The translations under genes were made by a program, and so were the position numbers. From Alphaproteobacteria bacterium (GTDB lineage Bacteria > Pseudomonadota > Alphaproteobacteria > SP197), in assembly GCA_965228895.1 (NCBI GenBank), contig OZ245842.1, positions 1,920,001 to 1,984,000 on the forward strand: DNA of 64,000 nt. The letters are read 5' to 3'. This document shows positions 8,819 through 17,285 of this stretch, piece after piece (the first letter of the stretch is position 1; every line of letters begins with the position of its first letter). The notes beneath the pieces were generated by a model. The model worked only from the letters and a program-made list of their open reading frames with translations. It was not told where the DNA came from and searched no databases.

Positions 8819-11479
8819 ATGACCGGTGTCAACGAGGTCCGTCAGACGTTCCTCGACTACTTCCGTGACAACGGGCACGAGGTTGTCGCCTCGAGCCCCT
8901 TGGTGCCGCACAACGATCCGACGTTGATGTTTACGGCAGCCGGCATGGTGCAGTTCAAGAACGTCTTCACCGGCGCGGAGACGCGGCCCTATAGCCGCGC
9001 TGTGACGGCGCAGAAGTGTGTGCGCGCGGGCGGCAAGCACAATGACCTCGACAATGTCGGCTATACGGCGCGCCATCTGACCTTCTTTGAGATGCTCGGC
9101 AACTTCTCGTTCGGCGACTATTTCAAGGAACAGGCGATCGAGCTCGCCTGGAATCTCACCACCAAGGAGTTCGGTCTGCCGGCTGACAAATTGCTGATCA
9201 CCGTCCATTCATCGGATGAGGAGGCGGCGGCGCTGTGGCGCAAGATCGCGGGCTTCAGCGACGACCGGATCATCCGCATTCCGACTTCCGATAACTTCTG
9301 GTCGGCCGGTGACACCGGTCCGTGCGGACCGTGTTCAGAGATCTTCATCGATCAGGGTCCGGAGGTCGCCGGCGGACCGCCCGGCAGCGCGGACGAGGAC
9401 GGTGACCGTTTTCTGGAGTTCTGGAACCTCGTCTTCATGCAGTTCGATCAGGTGACGCCTGACGAACGGATCGACCTGCCCAGGCCGTCGATCGATACCG
9501 GCATGGGGTTGGAGCGCATGGCGGCGATCTTGCAGGGTGTCGATAGCCTGTTCGATACTGATCTCTTCCAGGCGCTGATCCATGCCTCCGTCGACCTGAC
9601 CGGTCAACCGGCCCACGGCGAACACCGGGCATCGCACAACGTGATCGCCGACCATCTGCGCGCGTCGAGTTTTTTGATGGCCGATGGTGTGTTGCCGTCG
9701 AACGAGGGCAGGGGTTATGTGCTGCGCCGCATCATGCGCCGCGCCATGCGCCATGCCCAACTGCTCGGCGCCGACGAACCGTTGATGTACCGTCTGGTGC
9801 CCGCGCTGGTCGGCGAAATGGGTCTGGCGTTCCCGGAACTCGGGCGCGCCGAGGCGTTGATTACCGAGACGCTGAAGCTGGAAGAGACCCGCTTCCGTGA
9901 AACGCTGGCGCGGGGTCTCAAGCTGCTTGATGAAGCGACCGCCGATCTGGAGCCTGACGGCGAGTTGTCCGGCGAGGTCGCGTTCAAGCTCTATGACACC
10001 TATGGCTTCCCCTTCGACCTGACCGAAGACGCGCTGCGCCGGGAAGGCCGCACCGTCGATCAAGCGGGCTTTGATGCGGCGATGGAGGAACAGCGCGCCA
10101 AGGCGCGCGCGGCCTGGCAGGGCTCCGGCGAAGCGGCGACCGATGCCTTGTGGTTTGAGATCCGCGAACGCGTCGGCGCGACCGAGTTCCTGGGCTACGA
10201 GACGGTCGAGGCGCAGGGCCGTGTCGTCGCGCTGATCGTCGACGGCAAGGACGTCGACGAGGTTGGCGACGGGACCGAGGTTCTGGTCGTCACCAACCAG
10301 ACGCCGTTCTATGGCGAGTCCGGCGGCCAGGTCGGCGATGAGGGCGCCATGTTCGCGCCCGACCTTGAGGTGCGGGTGACCGACACGCAAAAACAGGTCG
10401 GCGATCTGCATGTCCACGTGGCGTCGGTCCAGCACGGTACGCTCGCGGTCGGTCAGGATGTGACACTCAGTGTCGACGATGTGCGCCGTGACAAGCTGCG
10501 CGCGAACCACTCGGTTACCCACCTGTTGCACGAGGCGCTGCGCCAAGAGCTCGGCGATCACGTCACCCAGAAAGGATCGCTGGTTGCGCCCGATCGCCTG
10601 CGTTTCGACATCAGCCACCCCAAGGCGATGACAACCGACGAAATCGCGGCGGTCGAAGCGATGGTCAACCGCGAGGTCCGCGCCAACGCGGACGTACGCA
10701 CCCGCTTGATGACGCCGGACGAGGCCATCGCGGCTGGCGCGCTCGCGCTGTTCGGCGAGAAGTACGGCGACGAGGTTCGCGTCGTCTCCATGGGTACACC
10801 GACCGGCGAGCAAGCGGGTGAGACCTACTATTCGACCGAGCTATGCGGCGGCACCCACGTGCGGCGCACCGGCGATATCGGTCTCTTCAAGATCGTCTCC
10901 GAAGGCGCGGTCGCGTCCGGCGTCAGGCGCATCGAAGCGCTCACCGGACAGGCGGCACTCGACTACCTCAACTGTCAGGATGCGCGGGTCGAGGAACTCG
11001 CCGGTGCGCTCAAGACGACGCCGACGGACCTTGTCGAGCGCGTGCAGGCGCTTGCTGACGAACGGCGCAAGCTTGAGCGTGAGGTCTCCGACCTGCGTCA
11101 GAAACTCGCCACAGGCGGCGGTTCATCCGATGACGACGTGCGCGACATCGGCGGCGTCAAGGTCGTCGCGCGCCACGTCGACGGCGTGCCCGGCCGCGAA
11201 CTCAAGAGCATGGCCGACGGCTTCAAGCAACGGTTGGGATCAGGCGTTGTTGCGCTGGTCGCGACCGATGACGGCAAAGCCGCCGTCGTCGTCGGTGTCA
11301 CAGACGATCTGACCGAACGTTTCAACGCGGTCGACCTGGTCAAAACCGGCGTCGCCGAACTCGGCGGCAAAGGCGGCGGCGGGCGTCCCGACATGGCCCA
11401 AGGCGGCGGTCCCGACGCCAGCCGTGCGGCGGAAGCGATTAAGGCAATCGAAGCGGCACTGGGTGCGGCGGCGGCCTAA
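8819..11479 (+). CDS. alaS: Alanine--tRNA ligase
   Basis: [29 protein letters not shown], editing motifs NHSVTHLLH and ELCGGTHV, C-terminal [16 protein letters not shown]. Confidence 0.99.
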   Translation: MTGVNEVRQTFLDYFRDNGHEVVASSPLVPHNDPTLMFTAAGMVQFKNVFTGAETRPYSRAVTAQKCVRAGGKHNDLDNVGYTARHLTFFEMLGNFSFGDYFKEQAIELAWNLTTKEFGLPADKLLITVHSSDEEAAALWRKIAGFSDDRIIRIPTSDNFWSAGDTGPCGPCSEIFIDQGPEVAGGPPGSADEDGDRFLEFWNLVFMQFDQVTPDERIDLPRPSIDTGMGLERMAAILQGVDSLFDTDLFQALIHASVDLTGQPAHGEHRASHNVIADHLRASSFLMADGVLPSNEGRGYVLRRIMRRAMRHAQLLGADEPLMYRLVPALVGEMGLAFPELGRAEALITETLKLEETRFRETLARGLKLLDEATADLEPDGELSGEVAFKLYDTYGFPFDLTEDALRREGRTVDQAGFDAAMEEQRAKARAAWQGSGEAATDALWFEIRERVGATEFLGYETVEAQGRVVALIVDGKDVDEVGDGTEVLVVTNQTPFYGESGGQVGDEGAMFAPDLEVRVTDTQKQVGDLHVHVASVQHGTLAVGQDVTLSVDDVRRDKLRANHSVTHLLHEALRQELGDHVTQKGSLVAPDRLRFDISHPKAMTTDEIAAVEAMVNREVRANADVRTRLMTPDEAIAAGALALFGEKYGDEVRVVSMGTPTGEQAGETYYSTELCGGTHVRRTGDIGLFKIVSEGAVASGVRRIEALTGQAALDYLNCQDARVEELAGALKTTPTDLVERVQALADERRKLEREVSDLRQKLATGGGSSDDDVRDIGGVKVVARHVDGVPGRELKSMADGFKQRLGSGVVALVATDDGKAAVVVGVTDDLTERFNAVDLVKTGVAELGGKGGGGRPDMAQGGGPDASRAAEAIKAIEAALGAAAA

Positions 11480-11561
11480 ACGCGCGCATCGGTTAGACCA
11501 CGAGACTCCCCATTCAGTGTGAGCCTTGTCCGCTGCCTCTGGCCGTGGTGATGACAGCTGC

Positions 11562-13559
11562 CTAGCTGCTGCTGGACTTGGCTATGCTTGATTTTGCTAT
11601 GTCGACCACCTGCTGGGTCGGTGGTGAGGCTTTGTCGAACGCAACATTGTCGGGCGAAAGGGCGGCAACGATATCGGGCAACGTGACATCGCCAAGCCCC
11701 ATGGGTTTGCCGGCGGCGTCTGCCCGGATCAGGGCAATGGCATCGCCACGCGCCTGATAGTAAGTCGCCAAGCGGCTGTTGTAGCGATAGAGGTGGACGG
11801 CGATTTGTACCAGGTAGATGAGCAGAGCGACGATCGCGATACGTGTCGCGATGCGCCCTGCGCGATGCCATTGGTCCGCTTCCGATAGTGCGCTTTCGAC
11901 TTTGGTTACAGTGCCTTCAAGACTGATATGGCTATCGACCAGGCTCTCCCATTTTGACAGATCTTCGCGCAACGTTGAGATGCCGCCTGCGATGGTGTGA
12001 GGCAAGAGAAGCCCTTCCTGGCTGACATGGCTCAGGATCATTGATGCATGCTTTGCGATGGCGGCTCGCCCCGCGTCAGTCTGAGGATCGGCAACGATTT
12101 GCTCGGCAACGATTTGCTGGTCAACGCCGGTGCCTATCGGCGATGAGCGGACTAAGAGATGCTGGTCCTCAAGCGATGTGTAGTCGAGGCCAAGGCCGAC
12201 AAGTCCGCCATTGGGGTCCCAGGCAAGGTTGTTGAACGTTCCGAGCAACGGCTGTCCAGCATTGCTCAAGTAATGGTGTCGCCAGTTTCCGTCGCTGTCG
12301 CCTTCGAGGACCAGAAGATTCCCGTCGGCAAAACCACTGCTGCCGCCGACGGCAATTAGCTTGCCATCCGGCGCGACCGTGACGGCATTGAGACGGCCTT
12401 CAATCTGTACGTCGTCAATGCTCGGACGTTCAACGGTTAGATTGCCTTGATTGTCGCCGAAGATAGCCAGAACCGTATCGTTGTCAGATTCGAACCACGG
12501 TTCTTCGTAGCCGACCGCCACGAACCGGGAACCGGAACCGGTCGCAACGAAGTACAATCGACCGTAGATCTCTTCGCTCTCCGGTTTTGGCCAAGCAACG
12601 TCCCAGTCTTGTCCCGGTTGTCGGGTCATGACCAACGGACCTTCGTTTCCCCACTCATCAATGACGATGCCGACAGCAACTAGCCCGCCATCTGGCTCAG
12701 TCGCCACGGACCACAATTGACCGCTGATGTCTTGTCCCTCCTGCTGCGGCCTGTCGACCGTCCACGTACCGTCGGGTTCGCTGGTCACTGTCAACACACG
12801 GTTGGATTGAACGGCGTCGCTGAGACTGGATGTCCACTCATGTCCGATAGCGATCAGCTGGCCACTTGGGCCTGCAACGACTGAAAGCAGCTCCCCAGAG
12901 AACCGGCCTGCAGCATCCTGCGGCCAATAGGGGACCCACACGCCGTCCTTTCCAAGTTCAAGGACGAGAGGCCAAGTCTCGCCATCCTCGTATCGATAGC
13001 CGACTGCAACAATGCGCCCATCCGGTGCGGCGACCACGGCGTTCAAGTCGCCCCAGATTGGCAAGCCACTGACCATGGGTGTCTCTGATGACCACGCACC
13101 GTTCTCATCGCGCGTGACGACAACAATGTCGCCGTTACCCCAGGCGTCATTTGCGCCGACGGCGATCAACCGGCCGCTGTCATCGACCGTCACTGCGTTA
13201 AGCATGCCACTGTGGGTCCATGCCTCGTGCCGCCATGCACCGACCTCGCTTTGAAGGACGGGCAGAACGTCGGCTCCGAACGCCAGGATCTTGTCGCGCG
13301 TGGCCGTGAGCTCGTCAAGAATCCTAAGCTGACTTTCCTCAAGGCTGCGCACCTCGTCCTCCAACGAAAAGTCCGCCATCTGGCGATCGATGTTGGCTAT
13401 GACCGGTGGCAAGTAGAGAACGGAGACGGCACCAATGATGAGCGCGAGGATAATGAAGGCCAAAACGGCGTTTGACCGACGTTGAAGCCGGCGCGCCTGA
13501 GCGTAGAAGTTCTGCGCGAGGACTTCGGGCGTTTCAGGAACCTGCACGTCGTCTGGCAC
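11562..13559 (-). CDS. Hypothetical membrane protein: TM, coiled coil, seven-repeat beta-propeller, helical region, TM, short tail
   Basis: 665-aa ORF with two hydrophobic helices and seven ~52-aa repeats of G.L..V...PDG.L(I/V)AVG; GTG start with GGGGA upstream. Confidence 0.8.
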   Translation of the reverse strand: MPDDVQVPETPEVLAQNFYAQARRLQRRSNAVLAFIILALIIGAVSVLYLPPVIANIDRQMADFSLEDEVRSLEESQLRILDELTATRDKILAFGADVLPVLQSEVGAWRHEAWTHSGMLNAVTVDDSGRLIAVGANDAWGNGDIVVVTRDENGAWSSETPMVSGLPIWGDLNAVVAAPDGRIVAVGYRYEDGETWPLVLELGKDGVWVPYWPQDAAGRFSGELLSVVAGPSGQLIAIGHEWTSSLSDAVQSNRVLTVTSEPDGTWTVDRPQQEGQDISGQLWSVATEPDGGLVAVGIVIDEWGNEGPLVMTRQPGQDWDVAWPKPESEEIYGRLYFVATGSGSRFVAVGYEEPWFESDNDTVLAIFGDNQGNLTVERPSIDDVQIEGRLNAVTVAPDGKLIAVGGSSGFADGNLLVLEGDSDGNWRHHYLSNAGQPLLGTFNNLAWDPNGGLVGLGLDYTSLEDQHLLVRSSPIGTGVDQQIVAEQIVADPQTDAGRAAIAKHASMILSHVSQEGLLLPHTIAGGISTLREDLSKWESLVDSHISLEGTVTKVESALSEADQWHRAGRIATRIAIVALLIYLVQIAVHLYRYNSRLATYYQARGDAIALIRADAAGKPMGLGDVTLPDIVAALSPDNVAFDKASPPTQQVVDIAKSSIAKSSSS

Positions 13560-13672
13560 GCATTGTCCCCCGTGCCGTTACGGCGTCAAGGTTATCGCGA
13601 ACCGGGTATATGTGTCACGCTGTGCAGATGTTTAGCGCCTAACCTCGCAAAAACGTGTAGGCGGGCCGCCTG

Positions 13673-14887
13673 CTACCCCAACTTCTTCTGCAGGTTCTCG
13701 TCGAGTTTGGCCAGGAACTGGTTGGTTGTCATGAACGGTTGGTCCTTGCCGATCAGGATGGCGAGGTCCTTGGTCATGTCACCGGATTCGACGGTTTCAA
13801 CGCAGACTTCTTCCAGCGCATGGGCGAAGGCCGTGACATCTGGCGTGTCGTCGAACTCGCCGCGGTAGGAGAGGCCGCGCGTCCATGCGAAGATCGAGGC
13901 GATCGGGTTGGTTGACGTTTCGTTGCCCTTTTGATGTTCGCGGAAATGGCGCGTCACCGTGCCGTGGGCGGCTTCCGCCTCGACGGTCTTGCCGTCGGGC
14001 GTCATCAGGACGGAGGTCATCAGGCCGAGCGAACCAAAGCCCTGGGCCACCGTGTCGGACTGCACATCACCGTCATAGTTCTTGCACGCCCAGACGAACC
14101 CGCCATCCCACTTGAGAGCGGCCGCGACCATGTCGTCGATCAGGCGGTGTTCATAGGTGATGCCGGCGGCGTCGAACTTTTCCTTGAACTCCGCGTCGAA
14201 GACTTCCTGGAACAGGTCCTTGAAGCGGCCGTCATAGGCCTTGAGGATCGTGTTCTTGGTCGACAGGTAAACCGGCCACTTGAGATTGAGGCCGTAGTTC
14301 ATGCAGGCGCGCGCGAAGCCCCGGATCGACTCATCGAGATTGTACATCGCCATGGCGACGCCGCCGCCGGGAAAGTCAAAGACGTCGAAACTCATGGCGT
14401 CGCCGCCGTCGTCCGGCTGGAAGGTCAGCGTCAGCTTGCCCTTGCCCGGCACCACGAAGTCGGTCGCGCGATACTGATCGCCGAAAGCATGACGGCCGAT
14501 GACGATGGGTTTGGTCCAGCCCGGCACCAGGCGCGGCACGTTTTTGCAAATGATCGGCTGGCGAAAGACCGTGCCGCCCAGAATGTTGCGGATCGTACCG
14601 TTGGGTGAGCGCCACATCTTCTTCAGACCGAACTCCTCGACCCTGGCCTCATCGGGCGTGATGGTCGCGCATTTGACGCCGACGCCGTGCTTCTGGATCG
14701 CGTGTGCCGCGTCGACCGTGATCTGGTCGTCGGTGGCGTCCCGGCTTTCGATGCCGAGGTCATAGTAGAGGAGGTCGACGTCGAGATAGGGCAGGATCAG
14801 CTTGTCCTTGATGAACGCCCAGATGATCCGCGTCATTTCGTCGCCGTCGAGTTCGACGACGGGGTTCTTGACCTTGATTTTCGCCAT
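13673..14887 (-). CDS. icd: NADP-dependent isocitrate dehydrogenase
   Basis: [60 protein letters not shown]. Confidence 0.99.
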   Translation of the reverse strand: MAKIKVKNPVVELDGDEMTRIIWAFIKDKLILPYLDVDLLYYDLGIESRDATDDQITVDAAHAIQKHGVGVKCATITPDEARVEEFGLKKMWRSPNGTIRNILGGTVFRQPIICKNVPRLVPGWTKPIVIGRHAFGDQYRATDFVVPGKGKLTLTFQPDDGGDAMSFDVFDFPGGGVAMAMYNLDESIRGFARACMNYGLNLKWPVYLSTKNTILKAYDGRFKDLFQEVFDAEFKEKFDAAGITYEHRLIDDMVAAALKWDGGFVWACKNYDGDVQSDTVAQGFGSLGLMTSVLMTPDGKTVEAEAAHGTVTRHFREHQKGNETSTNPIASIFAWTRGLSYRGEFDDTPDVTAFAHALEEVCVETVESGDMTKDLAILIGKDQPFMTTNQFLAKLDENLQKKLG

Positions 14888-14992
14888 GGTGGCCTCCGGA
14901 TCAGCTTGTCTGCATGGTGGATTGGGGCGTCATTGTGCGGCGCAACATAAAGGCCGCTTCGGCCGGTTCAAGGGAAAACGGGTTTAGGTCGC

Positions 14993-15550
14993 CTAGGCTA
15001 TTTCCTTGATACCGAGTGCCGGCAGGACGGCGTCGGCATCGGGCACGAGACGATAGGAATCGCGGATTGTCTCCGGCGCGAAACGGTGCGTGATCAGGTG
15101 ATCGAACATACCTGTCAGCGTACTCCAGTAACCCTCGACATCGACCAGGATCGACGGTTTGGCATGTTGGCGCAGCAGATGCAGCGTGATGACTTCCATC
15201 ATCTCATCGACCGTGCCGATACCGCCGGGCAGGCTGACAAAGGCATCGGCGCGCTCGATCATGACCGCCTTGCGCGCGAACATGCTGTCGACCTCGATCA
15301 TGTGGGTCAGGCCCTGGTGCGCCACTTCGACCCGGCGCAGCATGGTCGGGATGATGCCGGTGACGGTGCCGCTGGCGGCCAACGCCGCGTCGGCCACGAT
15401 GCCCATCAAACCGACATGGGCGCCGCCATAGATCAACTCGATGTTCTGCTTGGCGATGGCTTCGCCTAGTATCTGGGCTTGCTGGCGATAGACGTCCCGG
15501 TCGCCAAGGCTGGAACCGCAGAAAACGCAGATGGACCGAATCTCAACCAT
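14993..15550 (-). CDS. LOG family (TIGR00730) nucleotide monophosphate phosphoribohydrolase
   Basis: SICVFCGSS, YGGAHVGLMG, M..RK..M, PGGIGTVDE. Confidence 0.92.
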   Translation of the reverse strand: MVEIRSICVFCGSSLGDRDVYRQQAQILGEAIAKQNIELIYGGAHVGLMGIVADAALAASGTVTGIIPTMLRRVEVAHQGLTHMIEVDSMFARKAVMIERADAFVSLPGGIGTVDEMMEVITLHLLRQHAKPSILVDVEGYWSTLTGMFDHLITHRFAPETIRDSYRLVPDADAVLPALGIKEIA

Positions 15551-15551
15551 G

Positions 15552-15920
15552 ATGGATCGTTTCGTTGTCTTGTTGTTGGCGGTGGCGGTACTCGCCGGCA
15601 TCCGGCCAGCCGTTGCCGGCGAGGCGGATGTTGTTGCGGTTGAGGTAATCGAAACCGCCGAGCGCGTCTACACGTTCCATGTGACGGTCGCCCACGCGGA
15701 TACCGGCTGGGATCACTATGCCGATCGGTGGGATGTCGTGGCGCTCGACGGCACGGTTCTTGGTTCGCGGGTGCTGTTTCACCCCCATGTCGACGAACAG
15801 CCGTTCCGGCGCAGCCTGTCAGGCGTCGAGATCCCGCACGGCATCGACCAGGTCGAGCTTCGCGCCCACGACAGCGAACACGGGTTGGGCGGCGCCGTCA
15901 TGTCGGTTGCCCTGCCGTGA
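15552..15920 (+). CDS. Conserved hypothetical secreted His-rich protein
   Basis: Signal peptide (MDRFVVLLLAVAVLAGIRPAVA), then HADTGWDHYADRW...HPHVDEQPF...RAHDSEHG; alternative start ATG 15549. Confidence 0.75.
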   Translation: MDRFVVLLLAVAVLAGIRPAVAGEADVVAVEVIETAERVYTFHVTVAHADTGWDHYADRWDVVALDGTVLGSRVLFHPHVDEQPFRRSLSGVEIPHGIDQVELRAHDSEHGLGGAVMSVALP

Positions 15921-16013
15921 AACCGGCACAATTCCTTCGATTTGTTGCCGTCTTGACAATCATGCTACACCGGGGCGCTTGGACCGCACCGCGAAGAAGT
16001 CGACGCTACTGAC

Positions 16014-17267
16014 ATGAGGACCGTTCTTGCCCTTGTTGTTCTGCTTGTGCTCGCTGCACTGGTGTTCTTCGTGCTGGAGCCGGACGATGCCGGCGAAAAC
16101 GCCGAAGTAACCACCGAAAGCAGCGATACTGGCGCGAGCTCGGACGACGGCACGGCGACATCGCAAAGCGATGAAACCGACGAAACTGCCGAGACCGATG
16201 CCGGTGCCGACACGGGCGACGCATCGTCACAGACGTCGGACACATCCGAACAGACTGCTTCTGACGAAGGGACCGAGACGCCCGAGGCCGAGGCTGCCGA
16301 TGCGGGTGCCGCCGCGGATGCCGAAAGCGCGGGCGGGCAGGATGAAACCTCAGCCGACACAACCGACGCCGAGCCCGTAACACCCAGCTTCGACATCGTC
16401 CGCGTTGAGACGTCCGGCGATGCGGTCATGGCCGGGCGCGCCGCGCCGGGGGCGACCGTTCAGGTCTACAGCCATGACGGCTTGGTCGCCGAGACCACCG
16501 CCGATGACAACGGCGATTGGGTGGTCGTGTTGGAACAGCCCTTGGAAGCGGGTAGCCATGAGCTGTGGCTGAAGTCTGAAGAGACGAACGGCGCGGTCAG
16601 TGAATCGCGCGAAAGCGTCGCGATGCTGGTTCCCGAACCCGGCGATACGCCGGCGGCCTCAGCCGATGCCATAGAGCCGCCGGCTAGCGGCGACACGGAA
16701 CAGGCCACCGCGTCGAGCGATGCTGCCGAAGAGGTGATCGCCGTTCTGGTGCCACGCGACGAAGACGGTGAGGTCGAGATCCTTCAGGAGCCGGAAGACG
16801 GTGTCGGTCTTGCCGGCGGCGATGGCCTGTCGCTCGACACATTGGACTATGACGAAGCCGGCGAAGTCTCGTTGTCCGGCAAAGCCGAACCCGGCGCCGA
16901 AGTGCGCGCCTATGTTGATGGCGAACTGGTTGGCCGGGCACTGGCTGATGACACCGGAAGCTGGCGGATGATGCTGGATAAGCCGGTCGAGCAGGGGCTC
17001 CATGCGCTCAGGATTGATCAGGTCGATGAGGCGGGTATCGTTCTGGGGCGCGTCGAGACACCGTTTGACCGCGAAGCCTTGCAGCTACCGGCGAGCGCGG
17101 AGCCGCTTGTGATCATTCAGCCGGGCAACAACCTGTGGACCATCGCGCGCCACTCCTATGGTTCCGGTGTCCACTACACACACATCTACGAAGCCAACCA
17201 GGGACAGATCGCCGATCCGCACCTGATCTATCCCGGCCAGATCTTCGTTCTGCCCACGATTAACTGA
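16014..17267 (+). CDS. Membrane-anchored LysM peptidoglycan-binding protein with acidic linker and two Ig-like domains
   Basis: N-terminal TM, low-complexity D/E/T/A stalk, PSFDIVRVE..GDAVMAGRA.PGA, C-terminal IIQPGNNLWTIAR..YG.G..YT.IYEAN..QI.DPHLIYPGQIF. Confidence 0.9.
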   Translation: MRTVLALVVLLVLAALVFFVLEPDDAGENAEVTTESSDTGASSDDGTATSQSDETDETAETDAGADTGDASSQTSDTSEQTASDEGTETPEAEAADAGAAADAESAGGQDETSADTTDAEPVTPSFDIVRVETSGDAVMAGRAAPGATVQVYSHDGLVAETTADDNGDWVVVLEQPLEAGSHELWLKSEETNGAVSESRESVAMLVPEPGDTPAASADAIEPPASGDTEQATASSDAAEEVIAVLVPRDEDGEVEILQEPEDGVGLAGGDGLSLDTLDYDEAGEVSLSGKAEPGAEVRAYVDGELVGRALADDTGSWRMMLDKPVEQGLHALRIDQVDEAGIVLGRVETPFDREALQLPASAEPLVIIQPGNNLWTIARHSYGSGVHYTHIYEANQGQIADPHLIYPGQIFVLPTIN

Positions 17268-17285
17268 GCAGCCCGGCTACCCGCG

